The notes: generated from the sequence alone by a model not told the origin. A stretch of DNA of 64,000 nt from Oculina patagonica (GCF_052425735.1 NC_135759.1:29760001-29824000); one strand, 5' to 3'. Counted from the stretch's first letter, positions 37,648 to 51,200 are shown. Numbers and translations are program-made.

Positions 37648-39847
37648 AAGAGAAGGCTTATATAGCTAGGTACACCTAGCTACTAACCAGTAAATATTGG
37701 TCGATGTTTTTATCCATTAATAGGTAAATTTTTTGGGTGTTTTTTTTTTTTTTTTTTTATTAATAGGTAACTTTCATATTAATTAATTCGCTAACTGTAA
37801 CCAAGTGGATCGGCTAGATGAGTATGCTAATGAGTATTTTTTCATTTAGATTAACCTATGTTGTTTTGTTTCCTTGATTATTCAATCAAGATTGTTCATT
37901 CGACAAATCAAACTAAAATTTATTTTCCTACTTTTTTACCCTTTAATAAATAATAAAAAAGAAAAAATATGGTAGTTTATGTTCTGTCAGTAGTTAATAA
38001 GACTTCATTCAAAGGCACTGTTTCAATCATGTTACTCAGTTCTCCTCTTTTAATGGGACTCAAAAAAGTTTTATAAAGGGAGGCTACGCTCCGAGTTACC
38101 CTTTCACTTTTGTACAGTAGAAAGAATGCAACACTTTTTGAAAGTTTGCACTTGAAGAACGCCTTAATAGACTATCGATCAGCGATAAGGTGCGTCTATT
38201 CGAATATTTTAAAAGGCCTTTCCAAATACCGAAATGACACTTTTCATTGTCCCTATATAAACCCCAGCTCGTGAAATCCCTACCCTTTTATATACTTCCT
38301 GCCTGAAAAAGAAACCCGTTTCAGTCAGAATCTTCCATACGGTAGGGTTAGGGACTCCCACCCCTCTCTCGGGGACCTCCTAAAGTCCTTTAACCCCCCT
38401 CCCCCTCCGCATGTGCGAATATTCTCCATTTAGGGAGTGTTCATTATTTATTGTTGGGGGGGGGGGGAATTTTTATGGCTCCGCCTTCGATATCTTTATC
38501 TTTATCCCTCGGACAACACAGACTTGACGAACAGACTTGACCCCCCTCCTCAAGGGGGACCTTACAACTTCCACCCCCCCCCCTCAAATATTTTATAAAC
38601 AATGCAGTATTAACGGAGGTATTAACATTTAGAAGAAAACAAATTTAACAATCATTGAGCATGCGTTTGATATGAGATGCCAGATAGCCAATGAGGCGCC
38701 AAGCGCCAAGTTGGCAATAACTTTCTCATATCCAACAAGCGCAAGTGGAAAAGTTGTTTTATCGAAGACACCCAATGATTTGCAATATTTGTGCTCCCCG
38801 GTTGTTCTCACTGACGCATACACCTACCATATGTGTGGCCAATGGTATGTGAGCTCATATACCATGACCTGTAAACCAATACAAACTCAGGGATTGCGAC
38901 ATAACCTGGCTAGTTAGATATAGAAAAGACCTCGTTAAGAGTTTGACTTTCTCACCAAGTGACATAAACAGATTATGTACCCTTATTATCAACTTAATGA
39001 TAAAAAATTGGAACTGTGAAAAAATTAACTCTGGCAACACACTTGGTTTGTCACTGATCTTAAAAAAAATGCTTGGCCCATTCAGTACTGGTAGACATCG
39101 ACTGGTTTATTTATTTATTTAACTTGTTCCCTTAGTCACACATGTATACATTTGTATCAGGCTAGTTAGTTTGTTTGCTAGTTCACTTCATCAAATTAAA
39201 ACAAAGGAAATCATAACCGTGAAGGAAGTTTGGAAACCCGGCCTTAATTAGAATAGATTTTAAAGATTTTATTTCTCCGTTTACTCCGTAGTTTTTGTTT
39301 CGATTGAAAAGATATATCAAACACTCGAGACAGGCCATCCAAACACCTAGACGTCAAAAATACTCCGCTGCGCGTCGCATTTTCAACTCTTTCTCGGTGT
39401 TTGGATTGATGAAACACTGCTCCGTGTTTGATAGACAGTTACTTCCAAATTACTCGACTAACGCTTGCTTGAACCACCAAGGAAAGAGAAGCCCCCACCC
39501 CAAGACATAAATAATGAACACCCCCTTTAAGTGTACAGCATATTGTAAATGTCATGACGGCGTACGTTTTGATATGAATCTGGGTTATGGAATGAAAATG
39601 CTAAGATTTTTTTGGTTTGCCCGAAAGAAAAATGTCCAATATAAGCGGAATCTTAAATACCAAATACCCAGCCGGTATATCTGAACGGAAAATGAATGTG
39701 CTTACCGTATACGCGTATTTACCCAATACTGGAAAACACTAGTTCTTCTTCAAAACACATTAATTTGTCGTCTATATATTCTGAAAAAGTACACAATGAA
39801 CATACGAAGAGTATTTTTCATTCTCTATGTACTGAAACTATCAGCAG

Positions 39848-40174
39848 GTCGAATTATCGTGAAAATGTCATTCAACAATGTTTGAAGAAATACCGCGACC
39901 AAATTCAAGCTAAACTCGGCATCAACTCCCGGGCATCATGAACTGTACCGCGACTGAATGGGAAGACTTGGAGAAACCGCGGTACTCTGGACTTGCTGCT
40001 CGACTGTTTCTTGCCAGAATTTCTGCTCCTGTTACCTTAGATCTTCCTTCTCAATCTCAGTATTGGAAAACTCACTACAACACTTCAGCTGTGAACGGGA
40101 TTGTGCAGAAGTTTGTTGATGATGTGACGAGCGCAACAGGTTGTGCGGCCAGTCGCCTGAAAACTATTAATTAA
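39848..40174 (+). pseudogene. Lysozyme-fold copy C: last exon only, frameshifted duplicate of copy A
   Basis: KKYRDQIQAKLG and KTHYNTSA are A-type; a 17-nt insertion after GGCATC shifts the frame (TGA at 39939-39941); GKGT is changed to VNGI; the normal stop is lost; no ES-motif exon found upstream. Confidence 0.85.
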
Positions 40175-40315
40175 CTTCAGCATATAAATAGTGGCCACAA
40201 TCTTATTGCCAAATATGTTTACAACGCTGTCAATATCTATCATCTTACGGTAGAAGTGTATTAAAAGCCGAAAGAAATTTAAACTTAGCGAAACCATATA
40301 GTTGCAAAAAAAAAA

Positions 40316-40591
40316 ACACTTGTCAGGTTTGCATTTGAAGGACACTTGTAAGTCTAATTTAGGTACTGCGTTAAGGTCATTTCTTTGTTTGTATAAGCCT
40401 GGATTTTATGCGGCAATTAAAAGACGCAAATGTTGGGATGTCTTATATTATTTACACTTGTCAGGTTTGCATTTGAAGGACACTTGTAAGTCTAATTTAG
40501 GTACTGCGTTAAGGTCATTTCTTTGTTTGTATAAGCCTGGATTTTATGCGGCAATTAAAAGACGCAAATGTTGGGATGTCTTATATTATTT
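40316..40591. repeat. Perfect 138-bp tandem duplication
   Basis: 40316-40453 equals 40454-40591; the paralogous region near 34550-34715 is single-copy. Confidence 0.9.
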
Positions 40592-41012
40592 GCTCTGCGG
40601 TACGCTGCCACCTCGAATACAGACGTAAGCCGCCGTCCGTTCTGATATACTCGATATTGTACTAATTCATTCGTGATAATCGGTCAACCTGTAAGGTTTT
40701 GGTATTTATTGCATTAATTTAATTAAATTATGTCCTTAATAACATGCATATTACTAGTGATAGTGAACGTCAATGCTGTTTTCTTAAATTGTGTTTGGTC
40801 TCAAACGGTAACCGAGATGACTTTTCGGCTCCAAGACAAATCATCCCGATTTGTTCTGAAAGTATCTCGAGACATGCTATAGAAACAAAACATAACACAA
40901 CAAAACAAATAAAAAAAATCCTAAATGTTGATATTGAAACGAAACCTATCTGACCCGTTTCAGCAACGCATCACCCCGGCACTGAAAAATATCACTGATC
41001 GCCACTCCAGAC

Positions 41013-41147
41013 TAACCAATCACTTTGAGATCTCAATTAATCTAAATATGGTAAGGTTGTTGTTTTAAAACCAGTTCTACCGAAAGAAACGAGTTCATTC
41101 CCTTTATGAGCTGTTATTGAAGAAACTTGATAGCAGAGGAATTAGAG
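41013..41147 (+). promoter_or_regulatory. Core promoter and non-coding first exon of copy D
   Basis: AACCAATCACTTTGAG...TCTAAATATGGTAA...CCAGTTCTACCGAAAGAAAC...AGAG|GTAAGAAGCAT aligns with copy B 35164-35303. Confidence 0.55.
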
Positions 41148-42586
41148 GTAAGAAGCATACATTTAAAAGTCGCTTGAAATCGAAATTAAAGTTAATTCAG
41201 TTTAATTATCGAGCGTGCAGTTCAAGCAGCAATACTTAATGACATGTTTTTAATACCACACTTGGTGGTTCGTTTTCGAGGAAATTGATTGAGGCTTATA
41301 ACAAGGAATTGTAACTGAATTATTTTATTTTATTTTATTTTCCTTTGCAGACTAAATTAAGTTATATTAAAAAAATAAATAGGAATTTGCAGTTATCCAC
41401 AGAGTGGTTCTGCATCCACCGTTTCCAAATTGAATCAAGATGTGGAATCTTGTACTGTGGAAACGATTTCTATTAGTAGGAACGTTTGAGGTGCATTTTC
41501 GCATCAATTACTGTCTTTTATTCTTACCAAGATATGCACATCTCAGCTAGTGCACAAGAAAAAATGTCAGGCTGTAGAAATCTGTTGTAAACTAAAGTGA
41601 CCAGTAAAGAACCAAATAAGCCTCCCGAACACTAAACAGTGCATGCGAAACTAGGGCCACCACTACCTACTAACTTTCATTTTAATTTCAACAAATCATT
41701 GAACAACTTTACTCAGATGGCAGGTTTGAGTCTTTCAGCTTTCAGAACGATTCATCTAAAGGTTCAAGTTGATTTTCACGGATAATTGCAAAGTTACTCT
41801 TTTACTTCCTTGTTTGAGAAAGTACATGACTTTCATGTGATGATAATATTGGTTGTAGCATGGCATGTCGCTTTTTTCTTGGTGCAGAAAAAAAATGCAC
41901 GTCTTTCACATTTCGTATCAGGCCTCCTTTTCGATTATCAATTCTTCAATTCTTTAAGGGATCGTTCTCAGCCATCGGAAACTAAAAGAAAGAAAAACAA
42001 TCAACAACTATTCACCAAAGTAGAGGTGGTTAGTGGTTCGCGGCGAGGTGAATATCCACCACTAGCCACCGACACTGAGGTGAATAGTTGTTTTAGTATA
42101 TACTAAAACAGTGAGATAATATAGCCCAAAAGAATGATTTTTTTTACCAATTTATTTCTGCAACGATATACAATTTTCTTGTGCGCGTTGCTCGGAGGTG
42201 AATAGCAAACTAAAGGATATTCGGAGTTTGAGTAGCCAATCGGCGCGCGCCAAAAACGCTATCCACTGTTTTGTATATACTAATGTACACTAGCTCCTAC
42301 CCACTTAAATGTGAAATTATCTAAAAGCGCCCTATTCTTTTCTTTTAACTTACTTAAAAGTGAACCTATTCTAAACGCTGATTCGATAATTGATCTTTCG
42401 AATCAGTAATGGAAAATGTTTGCTCTCGTGAATAATCTCTATACAGAGTGGGAAATTATTAAACGAAGTAGCGGGTTGTCCACCGGCAGCGACATCAACA
42501 ACAAAAACAACAACAAAAACAACAACAACAACAACTAAAACTACAATAAACTGACGGGATCTTTTTGTCTTTCTCTCTTTCAGACC

Positions 42587-43604
42587 ATGTTTCAAAAAAC
42601 AGTGGTGTTCGTTGGCCTTTTCACTCACCTTTTTCTAGGATTAAGTATGGCTTGTACTGATCCATACACACCAAGAGGCAAAGGGAACGCCGTAGTTACC
42701 GAGGTCGTGAAAAGGATTAACAGTTTGGGAATATTTCCAAACGATCGCAAGTTCCTCTGCCGTGTGGCCTGGGTCGAGTCGAGATACGGAGAGCATCGTA
42801 ATACCTACAGGCGTGGTTACCATGGTGGAATTTGGCAGGTAAAGATATCACAGTTTAAGTCTTATTCCGTGTTCTAGGATTGTTGCTTTTCTTTGTCTTG
42901 TCTTGTCTGGGCGGGACTGGCACGTTTTACTGCGTATTTTAAAGGGAATATGTCGTGGCTAAATGTTTGCAAAGAAATTAATTATGTGATTCTAAATGAC
43001 AAAACCATAGCTTTATTTCAGCCAAATTTGTCTCCCGGGAGTATAATTTAATGTAACCGGCAGACAAGATAAACTTTGGAAACTGTTCCGCCGCACCATA
43101 TTTCAAAAACCCATATCATAATCCGTCTCAATCTTCGACACTTTTGGTCATCCGTAACTTCTTTTGCCATTTGGTGTGTTATTTAAATATTCCTTCACTG
43201 CTTTAAGCGGGTTATTTTATATATTTAAAAGAATTTGATGGTCATTTCCTATGCTTAAGTTTGGCTCAAATCCTTGACACGGTCCCTTTAAATGTTTATA
43301 GGTTGACTACGTTGGTTATCGCGAGACTGTTATTCAGCAACGCCTGAGAAGGTTCTGGAACAGAATCAAGGAGAGACTCGGCATCGACTGGACCAAGACT
43401 AGATGGCAAGACTTGGAGAAACCGCTGTACTCTGGACTGGCTGCCCGTCTGTATCTTGTCAGGATTCGTGCTCCTATACCGTCCGATCGCGATCTTCCTT
43501 CGCAAGCTCGGTACTGGAAGACTTACTACAACACTGCAGCTGGGAAAGGAACTGTGCAGAAGTTTATTAAAGATGTGAAGCGCGCAACAGGTTGTGCTGC
43601 CTAG
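42587..43604 (+). CDS. Lysozyme-fold protein, copy D, 184 aa, predicted secreted, strongly cationic; exons 42587-42838, 43302-43604
   Basis: Leader MFQKTVVFVGLFTHLFLGLSMA; VAWVESRYG, GGIWQ|VD and YWKTYYNTAAGKGT intact; many substitutions to Arg. Confidence 0.88.
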
Positions 43605-45253
43605 AGAAAAAGGCAGTGGTCTGTATATCTAGCTACTAAACAGTAAACATAAGTCGCACTAAAAAGTACTTCTTAAAAGTAACTTTTATAGATTAACTAA
43701 CTAAAAATAAGAGGATGGGCTAGATGAGTGTACTAAATGAATATTTTTCATTGAAGGATTAACCTAAGTTTTCTGAGATTGTAAGATTCGTCAAATCAAA
43801 TAAAAAGTGTTTTCCATCTTTTTCTTTTAATAATAATAAGAAGAAAAGAAAAACAATAAAAACAGGCGAGTTTATCTTCCGTTTGTAGCTGGTTATACGA
43901 CTCCGTTCTCCTCCTGGGAGGGGAAAGGGGAAGGGGAATTCAACAGAGGCTCCGCCCCGAGCTCTAAGCACTTACCTTTTATATACCATTTTGGACAGAA
44001 AAGTAACCTTTCGTACAACTTCCAAATAAAATAGTACCCCTTTCACTTACTTACAGTAGAAATACTGCAACACTTTTCTAAAGTTTGCACTTGAACCCCC
44101 TCTTTAAATGTTTACTTTCATCAATCATTAGGTGCGTCTTTTCGAGATATTTTGAAAGGCCTTTCTAAATACCTAAATGACACTTTCCCCTATCCTTTTT
44201 TATACTCAAACTCGTGAAATTCCTACCCTTTTATATACCACCAGCCTCCACCCCAAGTCTTATATGGAGTTTCCGTTTGGGGCTTACGAGTACCATTTGT
44301 CCATACCGTGAACGTTCAGTGAAACAACCACTGAACTACAATAAGACTCGTGCCTTTCATGGGAACTTTTATTCACTGCCATTTCACAACAACTATTAGT
44401 TAGCTTTTGCAATCACCACGTTCTTTAGCCTACTGTTCCTTATTCTTGGGAGCGTTCTTTTGTTGCATGCAGGCACTCAATTAACAAACAAGTCACATTA
44501 CCACACAAATTGAACAATTTATTTTGCCTAGTCGCTAAACATCACGTTGTAATACATGTTCACGATCTGGATTAGCTCCTTAGTGTATTCTATCCCTTGG
44601 TGGTGTTTTCACATCATTTTCACCCTTAATTTCGTGGTGAATTTTATGACCCTGCCTTTCTAAATAATTTTCACCAGCAATGACGTTATTGCTTGTTATT
44701 TTTTAGTCGCTGACAGTGAGGTAAACTTTGCAGGTCAGTTAAACGAAATAACAAACCACACAGCACAGTACGTAGGAGCCTTTTAACTCATAACCATATT
44801 GCTTGCATTGACTTGCAAAATGCAAAATATTTCTTTTTATCATGTTCGTTATACTACTTAATCGAGACATTTTTTCACGCAATCTTTAAATAAGTTTTTT
44901 TTTAAGTTAGAAAAAAAAATGTACTCCATACTTTTCAGTATGGTAGTAGTTGTTAGGCATCAGAAATTTTATTCCTTCTGCTATAGTGTTACTTGTTAAA
45001 AGAATCTCCCCCAAGATCCCTCTGCTTTCCGCTCATCTAGCTTTGCCTATTATCTGGGTATGCCGATATTCGCTCGGACACAAAAATTGCATTCTCGAAT
45101 CCACTAAAAAGTAATCTTTCAATTTCAGTAAGGGAAGGGCATAGATGGTTTTTGTGAACGCGAATAACAACAGTATTATTTTCAGAAAACGCATAGATGG
45201 CAGACAAGCAGCGCTTGAGTGCACAATGATGACTGTGGTTGAGGCAAACTCTT

Positions 45254-48200
45254 TTATGCTTCAGTGTATCTTCCGCTCATTGTCATTATGAGATCCTCCA
45301 TTATGCAGAATCCCTGCAAGACAACATGAAGAAAAATCATTAAAAAGCAAATAACAACAACAAAAAACATACAGAAAAGATGTTTTATTACAACATTATG
45401 TACCTAAGCAGCATTTTGCCAAGTTAAACAATTCAAGGTATAGAAAAGTTACATGTACGCTTTGAGTCTCGTTCATTTCAAGAGAAAAACTAACAGTTTT
45501 ACCATCATTCTATGTATGGCTTTGTGAGTTGGAGTACTAAATATTTAGAACATAATTATAAAAACAACTGAGATGACCAACACCTGTTGGTGTTTTATCA
45601 ACTACAATAATCAGAAAAGAAAAATTAACAAAAATAACATAAAGGGAAAAGTATATAATTTTGTTATTGATGCCATATGAATAATAACAGTTGTATGATA
45701 CTCAACATTTTTTTTTAAGTACTCAATTTAAGCTGTGTAAGTCTTGGATAGCTCAGCTTGGGTGGTTTTGTGGGCAAGTGATTGGGTGCATGAAAGTGCG
45801 ATGATTTTTGTCATTTCTTTTCTCTACTATATCGAATGGAGTGGGGGGGGGGGGGGAAGGGGATGTGGGGTAGTAAGGCAATGTTACCTTGTTAGCTCCA
45901 CGTTGAAGAAATGTCTGTCCAAAAGCTTCCATCATTCCACCAATTAAAGAACCAACACCATTTACACTGATACTACCGCGCTGCTCAAACGACGTCCTAG
46001 AGTTGACAAAACACTACATTAAAGGTCAAATGAACAGAAATTTCGATTTTTTTTATTTTTTGCCCATGTGTTTATTCAGAGCCAAATAAACATATCCCGA
46101 AGTTTCAAAGTAATTGGACATTGCATCGCAGAGATATTGCAAGTTTAAAAATGCTTTTTTAGGCCTTCATAATCGTAGAGCGCTCGGAAAAATTGTCGGA
46201 AAATTGTCGGAAATAAAAACTTGTGACGTCATAATTGGTGTTTTTGAAGACGACCGCAGACCGATTCCGCGGACCGCACGTTAGAATTTAAATAAATGTG
46301 TTTAGTAACATTTTAAGCAGTTATTTCGTTCTGTTCGGCCGTTTTTCATTCGGTTGATTGTTGGTTGTTGTTTAGAGACGCGCATTTTTTTAAATAAAAA
46401 AGCTAAAGCTCAAAAATAGCTTAAAGTTTTGTTTGCTGTCGTTTTGCATATCATGTGAGACATAGGTAGAATGCACGCTGGTTTGAAAATAAATCAGGAA
46501 TCTTTATTGTTCTTCACATTAGCATTTTACGTTAATGAGCAGAATTATCTGCACGTGCGTTTTGAATCTTGGTACACTTCAAAGCCGTTCTCTGTCGAAC
46601 AACAGTGTGAAATGACGAAATTCTGGGAATTCTGGACAACGTCAGGCACGACGGCTAATATTTGTTTTTTTCTATTTGGGGTTAAACGCTCTCTTTGAAT
46701 ATTCAGCGGCAGCTAGTTCTTAAAGCAATAAATAAGCAGAAGACGTCCGGAAAGTTGCGAGATTCTCAAGTAAAATATAAATTCATTTTCCACGTTGTAG
46801 TCCATCAGCTAGTGGGGTTGTATGGCTCACTTAAGGGGAACAAACGAAACTTGTCTAATATTACTCTTTGACTATTAAGCATCATAAAAATGTGTGATAG
46901 CAAGGATAAAACGGTAGCTTTCACTGTGTAAATCGAATTTGAAATTTACTCTCATATCCTTCTTTTGGCCGCCATCTTGGATTTTTAAACAAAAATCCTT
47001 AATTTTTTTTATTCGTTCTTAAATACTTACTGATTTTTGCTTAGATATATATTTGAGAAGTACTTCATATTCGGAACATTATTTTAGCATTGTTTACGGT
47101 AATAAAAGCAAAGTACGCAATAAATGAGGTCGCAATGTCCGCCATTTTGTTTTTCAGCTCGTTTTCCTTTTGCTCCTCAATCATCTAAAATAACAAAATT
47201 ACCATAAAGGCGTGCCATCGTAATGCTACGTTTTTTCAAGTATACTACACCATTAATCAGTATACCCCAAATCAGATTACATAGCTACGTCCACGCATAA
47301 GGTTAGAATAGGGCTCAGTTAAGAGATTGTTGAGTACAGAACAGACAGAATCGCCACACTCGTATAAAGTCCTCCTTCACTGCTGCTATGCTTCTGTCAA
47401 CTCTTCTGGAGCGGTGAAGGAATTACCGGAAGGGAATCAGTAGCTCTTCTCTAGATTGTGGCTTGAAAATTTCCTCTTGTAACATTGAGTTCGGTTAGTG
47501 GAGATGCCTCGCGTGGTGGGAGAACCTCTGGCTTTACTTTCCCGGGCGCCGTTCACTTTTCTCTGGCTTCACTTTCCCTGGCGCCGTGAATCTCATAGCA
47601 CAGCACATCCACACTCTGACACGTCTTCTCGTACAGCTGATACACTTATGCTTTCGTATCTTTAATGATCACCTCGGATACTGCAACTCCTCCCCGCTAA
47701 TCGCCATAGCTCGGACGTACGTTTCGTACGTTGGCAAAGCTCCACTTTTCTGGTCTTCGCACCTCTTCCCTCTTTTTTAAAGTACTTTGCATGTCCGTGG
47801 GACGATATGTTTGAAATAAAGGGCTGGGCTGGAAAATGACGATTGCTTTTTAGGGGGATTTATTTAAGACACTTGAATGGCAATGGTATTTTATCTACAT
47901 GAAGTTGTTGTTTTTGAAACACTAGAATGAACGAAATCATGTTGTTAGTTCCAATAAGTTTAAATTTGCGTTTGAAAGCGATTTGCTTACGTTAAAAGAA
48001 TGCAGGCAGCTTTGTAGCTTTTTCACCCCAAAAATCCAAGATGGCGGCCAAATTAAGAAGCGTATAGGGGAGCCAATTTAAAATTCGATTTATAAGTGAA
48101 AGCTACTGTTCCAACCTTGCTATCATACATTTTTGTGATGCTCAATAGGCAAGGATTAAGATAAGACATGTTTCGTTTGTTCCCCGAAAGTGAGCCATGA

Positions 48201-51200
48201 ACCCAAATTTTCGGATCTCAGCTGATGGACTATTGTCGTTGACGTTGAGCTCGTATCTGTGAAATCGGTCTGCGGTCGTCTTCAAAAACACTAATTATGA
48301 CGTCAAAAAAACTCGTTCCATTCCTTCCATTTCAGTGCGCAGTCATTCAAAAACGTTGTCGTGAAGCCTACGGAAATCTTCGTATTTTTTGCTGTTATTC
48401 ACGCTTTAAGGCTCGCAAAGCAAAAAATTTTCTTAATTTTACTCAATAATGGATAGTTTTAGCGTTTGGTTGGTTAAAATGGCATTTTGAAATTTTTTGT
48501 TCATTTGACCTTTAAAACTTAGACTCAATAATACGGCTAACTTGACAATAATATTCTACAAACTTGTAGGAACTTGAAGTTTGTATCAGCCAGTATCTTA
48601 GTCAACAATTGGGTGCAACCAAGTTGACTGCTTCTTGAAGAAAACAAGAGTGAGAATTTTGAAAATGTTTTATTTGATTCATGAGCAAATTTAAATCAAT
48701 CAGTGTAATAATCAGTATGGAATAATCAATGATGGCCCTGTACGCAGAAAGGGTTTTAGTAATGTTTTAGTTGATCATTTTTGGATTATGACTGTTAACA
48801 CACCAGTTTGGATTGTTATCACACGCTCTGTAAGTGCTGAACTCTTCCAGGGAAGCGTACTTGGACCATGTCAGGTTGTAACAATGAAGACGAAGACATC
48901 TCTCTTTCCTGTTAAGCCATGCTTCCTCTTCCACCACAATTGCTGGGAATGGGCACAGCTAAAAACAAAACTTACGTTAGAAGAAGATCATTCCATTTTG
49001 AAATTTGACAAAAAACTTTGCACAAGAACAACAACACTCCAGTCATAGAATTTAAACCTAAGAAAAATATATGGTATATGTACTTTTGTTCATATGATCC
49101 TTAAATCACTTTTACCCACTCCCTTTCTCTTAAATAAAGTGCTTTTATGATGAAATTTGTATCTTCTCTTTCGTAGCCATACTAGAATATTAACAAGTAC
49201 ACTATATAAGAAAAAAATGCCATGCAGATTACTGTTCTCTACTGAATATCTCTTTTCTTTCCAGAGATATTCAAGTTTTTAAAATATGCAAATTAGCAAA
49301 GTAATGATGTCATATACTCAACTTTATTCATAGTAATTCAAAATGTTTATAATGTAGCTTAATGTAAAACTACTTTGTAGTATGTACAAACTGCTCTTTA
49401 GCTGACTGTGAGTGTCATAAGTTTTTCTTCAGCTGATATCTTAAATCAGGTGGCTGATTAATTAAGCAAGTCATTAACAATAACCAACTGATTCTTACAT
49501 TAAATGCAACACAGTTGGCATTAAGCCTTAATGCCAGTACAAATTTATTTGCTTACCTTTTTAAACAAACCTGGTAAAACATTCACACATTCTCCTCTTC
49601 TCAAGAGATACTCCTCTCCAGTTTCTGGGTCTTACAAAAAAGGGAGAATGGTCTGAGTAAAACCCAAAGGCTAAGTCCTTAGTTTGCAATCCAGTGATAT
49701 AGTTATGTAGTAGGTCAACCTCTATAAGTGCCCCACAGATTGGCAGTAGTTTGATGGTAAATGGATAGAGTTTATAAATTATTAGACGCTATAAATTTAG
49801 GGAGGTGCAGTAGCTTAACGGTTAGTATCACACTCTAGATTAAGCAGTTCCATGTTCAAGACCCAGCTGGGGTCAATGTGTCGTGTTCTAACCTAGACAC
49901 TTAACTCTAATACTGCCTCTCTCCACTCAGGTATACCGTATTTTCTCGATTAAACGCCGGGCCCCGAATAAACGCCGGGTCTCCAAGCTGTATTTGAAAA
50001 TAAACCCCTTAGACATTTATTCAAGGTTTAATATGCTTTGGAAATAATGTCTACATGTGTGGCTGTCAAAAATAATGAATAAAAATCATTTCTTAGAAAC
50101 ATAGGGCTTGAATAAACTGCTGGAATCAAATAAACGCTGGCTCTATCAGGCCAAGTTTGAAATAAACGCTGGGGGCGTTTAATCGAGAAAATACGGTATT
50201 AATAGGTACCATAGACCCAATGCAAATATGGCCACCATTAATTCTTGGCCCCCAAAAGAAACATTTGCTAACACAACTAAATTACTTTACCTTAAAAATG
50301 AAGTCAAAGTAAATCAGTGTGTGATGTTTTAAAGATATATTCGTATCTTATGGGAAGTTTCAGGGACATATATTTATCAAAACCAAAAATAAATTCGGGG
50401 TGGCTTTTTTTATACTGCCAATCTCTTAAAATTTAAATATATCACAAATTTGCACGGCTCCTTTAAACCAAAAATGCTGAAATCTCTCAGAGTAGGACAT
50501 TATTCTATCTATTTTTAGTTGTCAACATCAGCATCTTTAGAAACTTAATCAGCCAAGCAACAGAAGGCAATGCCCACCCAGCAGGAGTAGAATTACTCCT
50601 GGTCAATTTATGCTATGGCGATTGGATACAAGCACTGGCCTGTTGGGCCACTAGGTTGAAATACTGAAGAAAAGAGCTGTTTGTTCAGCTTGGGAGATAA
50701 AGGTGGTAGCCATGGGATCATATTATCAATGGTTAGTAAGGTCGCCAATTAAACTTGAATTTGAATATTACTAATCTGTTACACTGAAACTCATGATGCA
50801 TCCCAATTATACAAATTTGAGGAATAATAACTGGGTTATAATATTCATTCTGTAGACAGATTAGCAGAACACACTGTACCTGTTCTGTGTTCCAGTACTG
50901 TTATGGAGGTCACATTGGTATCTTTACCACAGGTGTACTGTTAGTTCCATTGTACAAGTATAATAATGAGATAAAAAAACATTAAGTATGAAAAAGAAAA
51001 CATTACATGTACCATAAGTGCTATGCGTGAGTCACATGTCAAGCTGTTTGTAGAAAAGCCTCATTTTTTCTAAGCATGATGAACCAAATATGAGGTAATG
51101 TTTCATAACAACATGGAGAAGATGACTTTTGATGGCACAGTCCAAAGGAAACACTGATATGGCGATGAAATGGTAAAGAGCCATGGTTGGGAAAATGGAA

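Noticed and set aside
40302-40628. 108-aa ORF with a 46-aa repeat
   Set aside because: By-product of a 138-bp intergenic tandem duplication.
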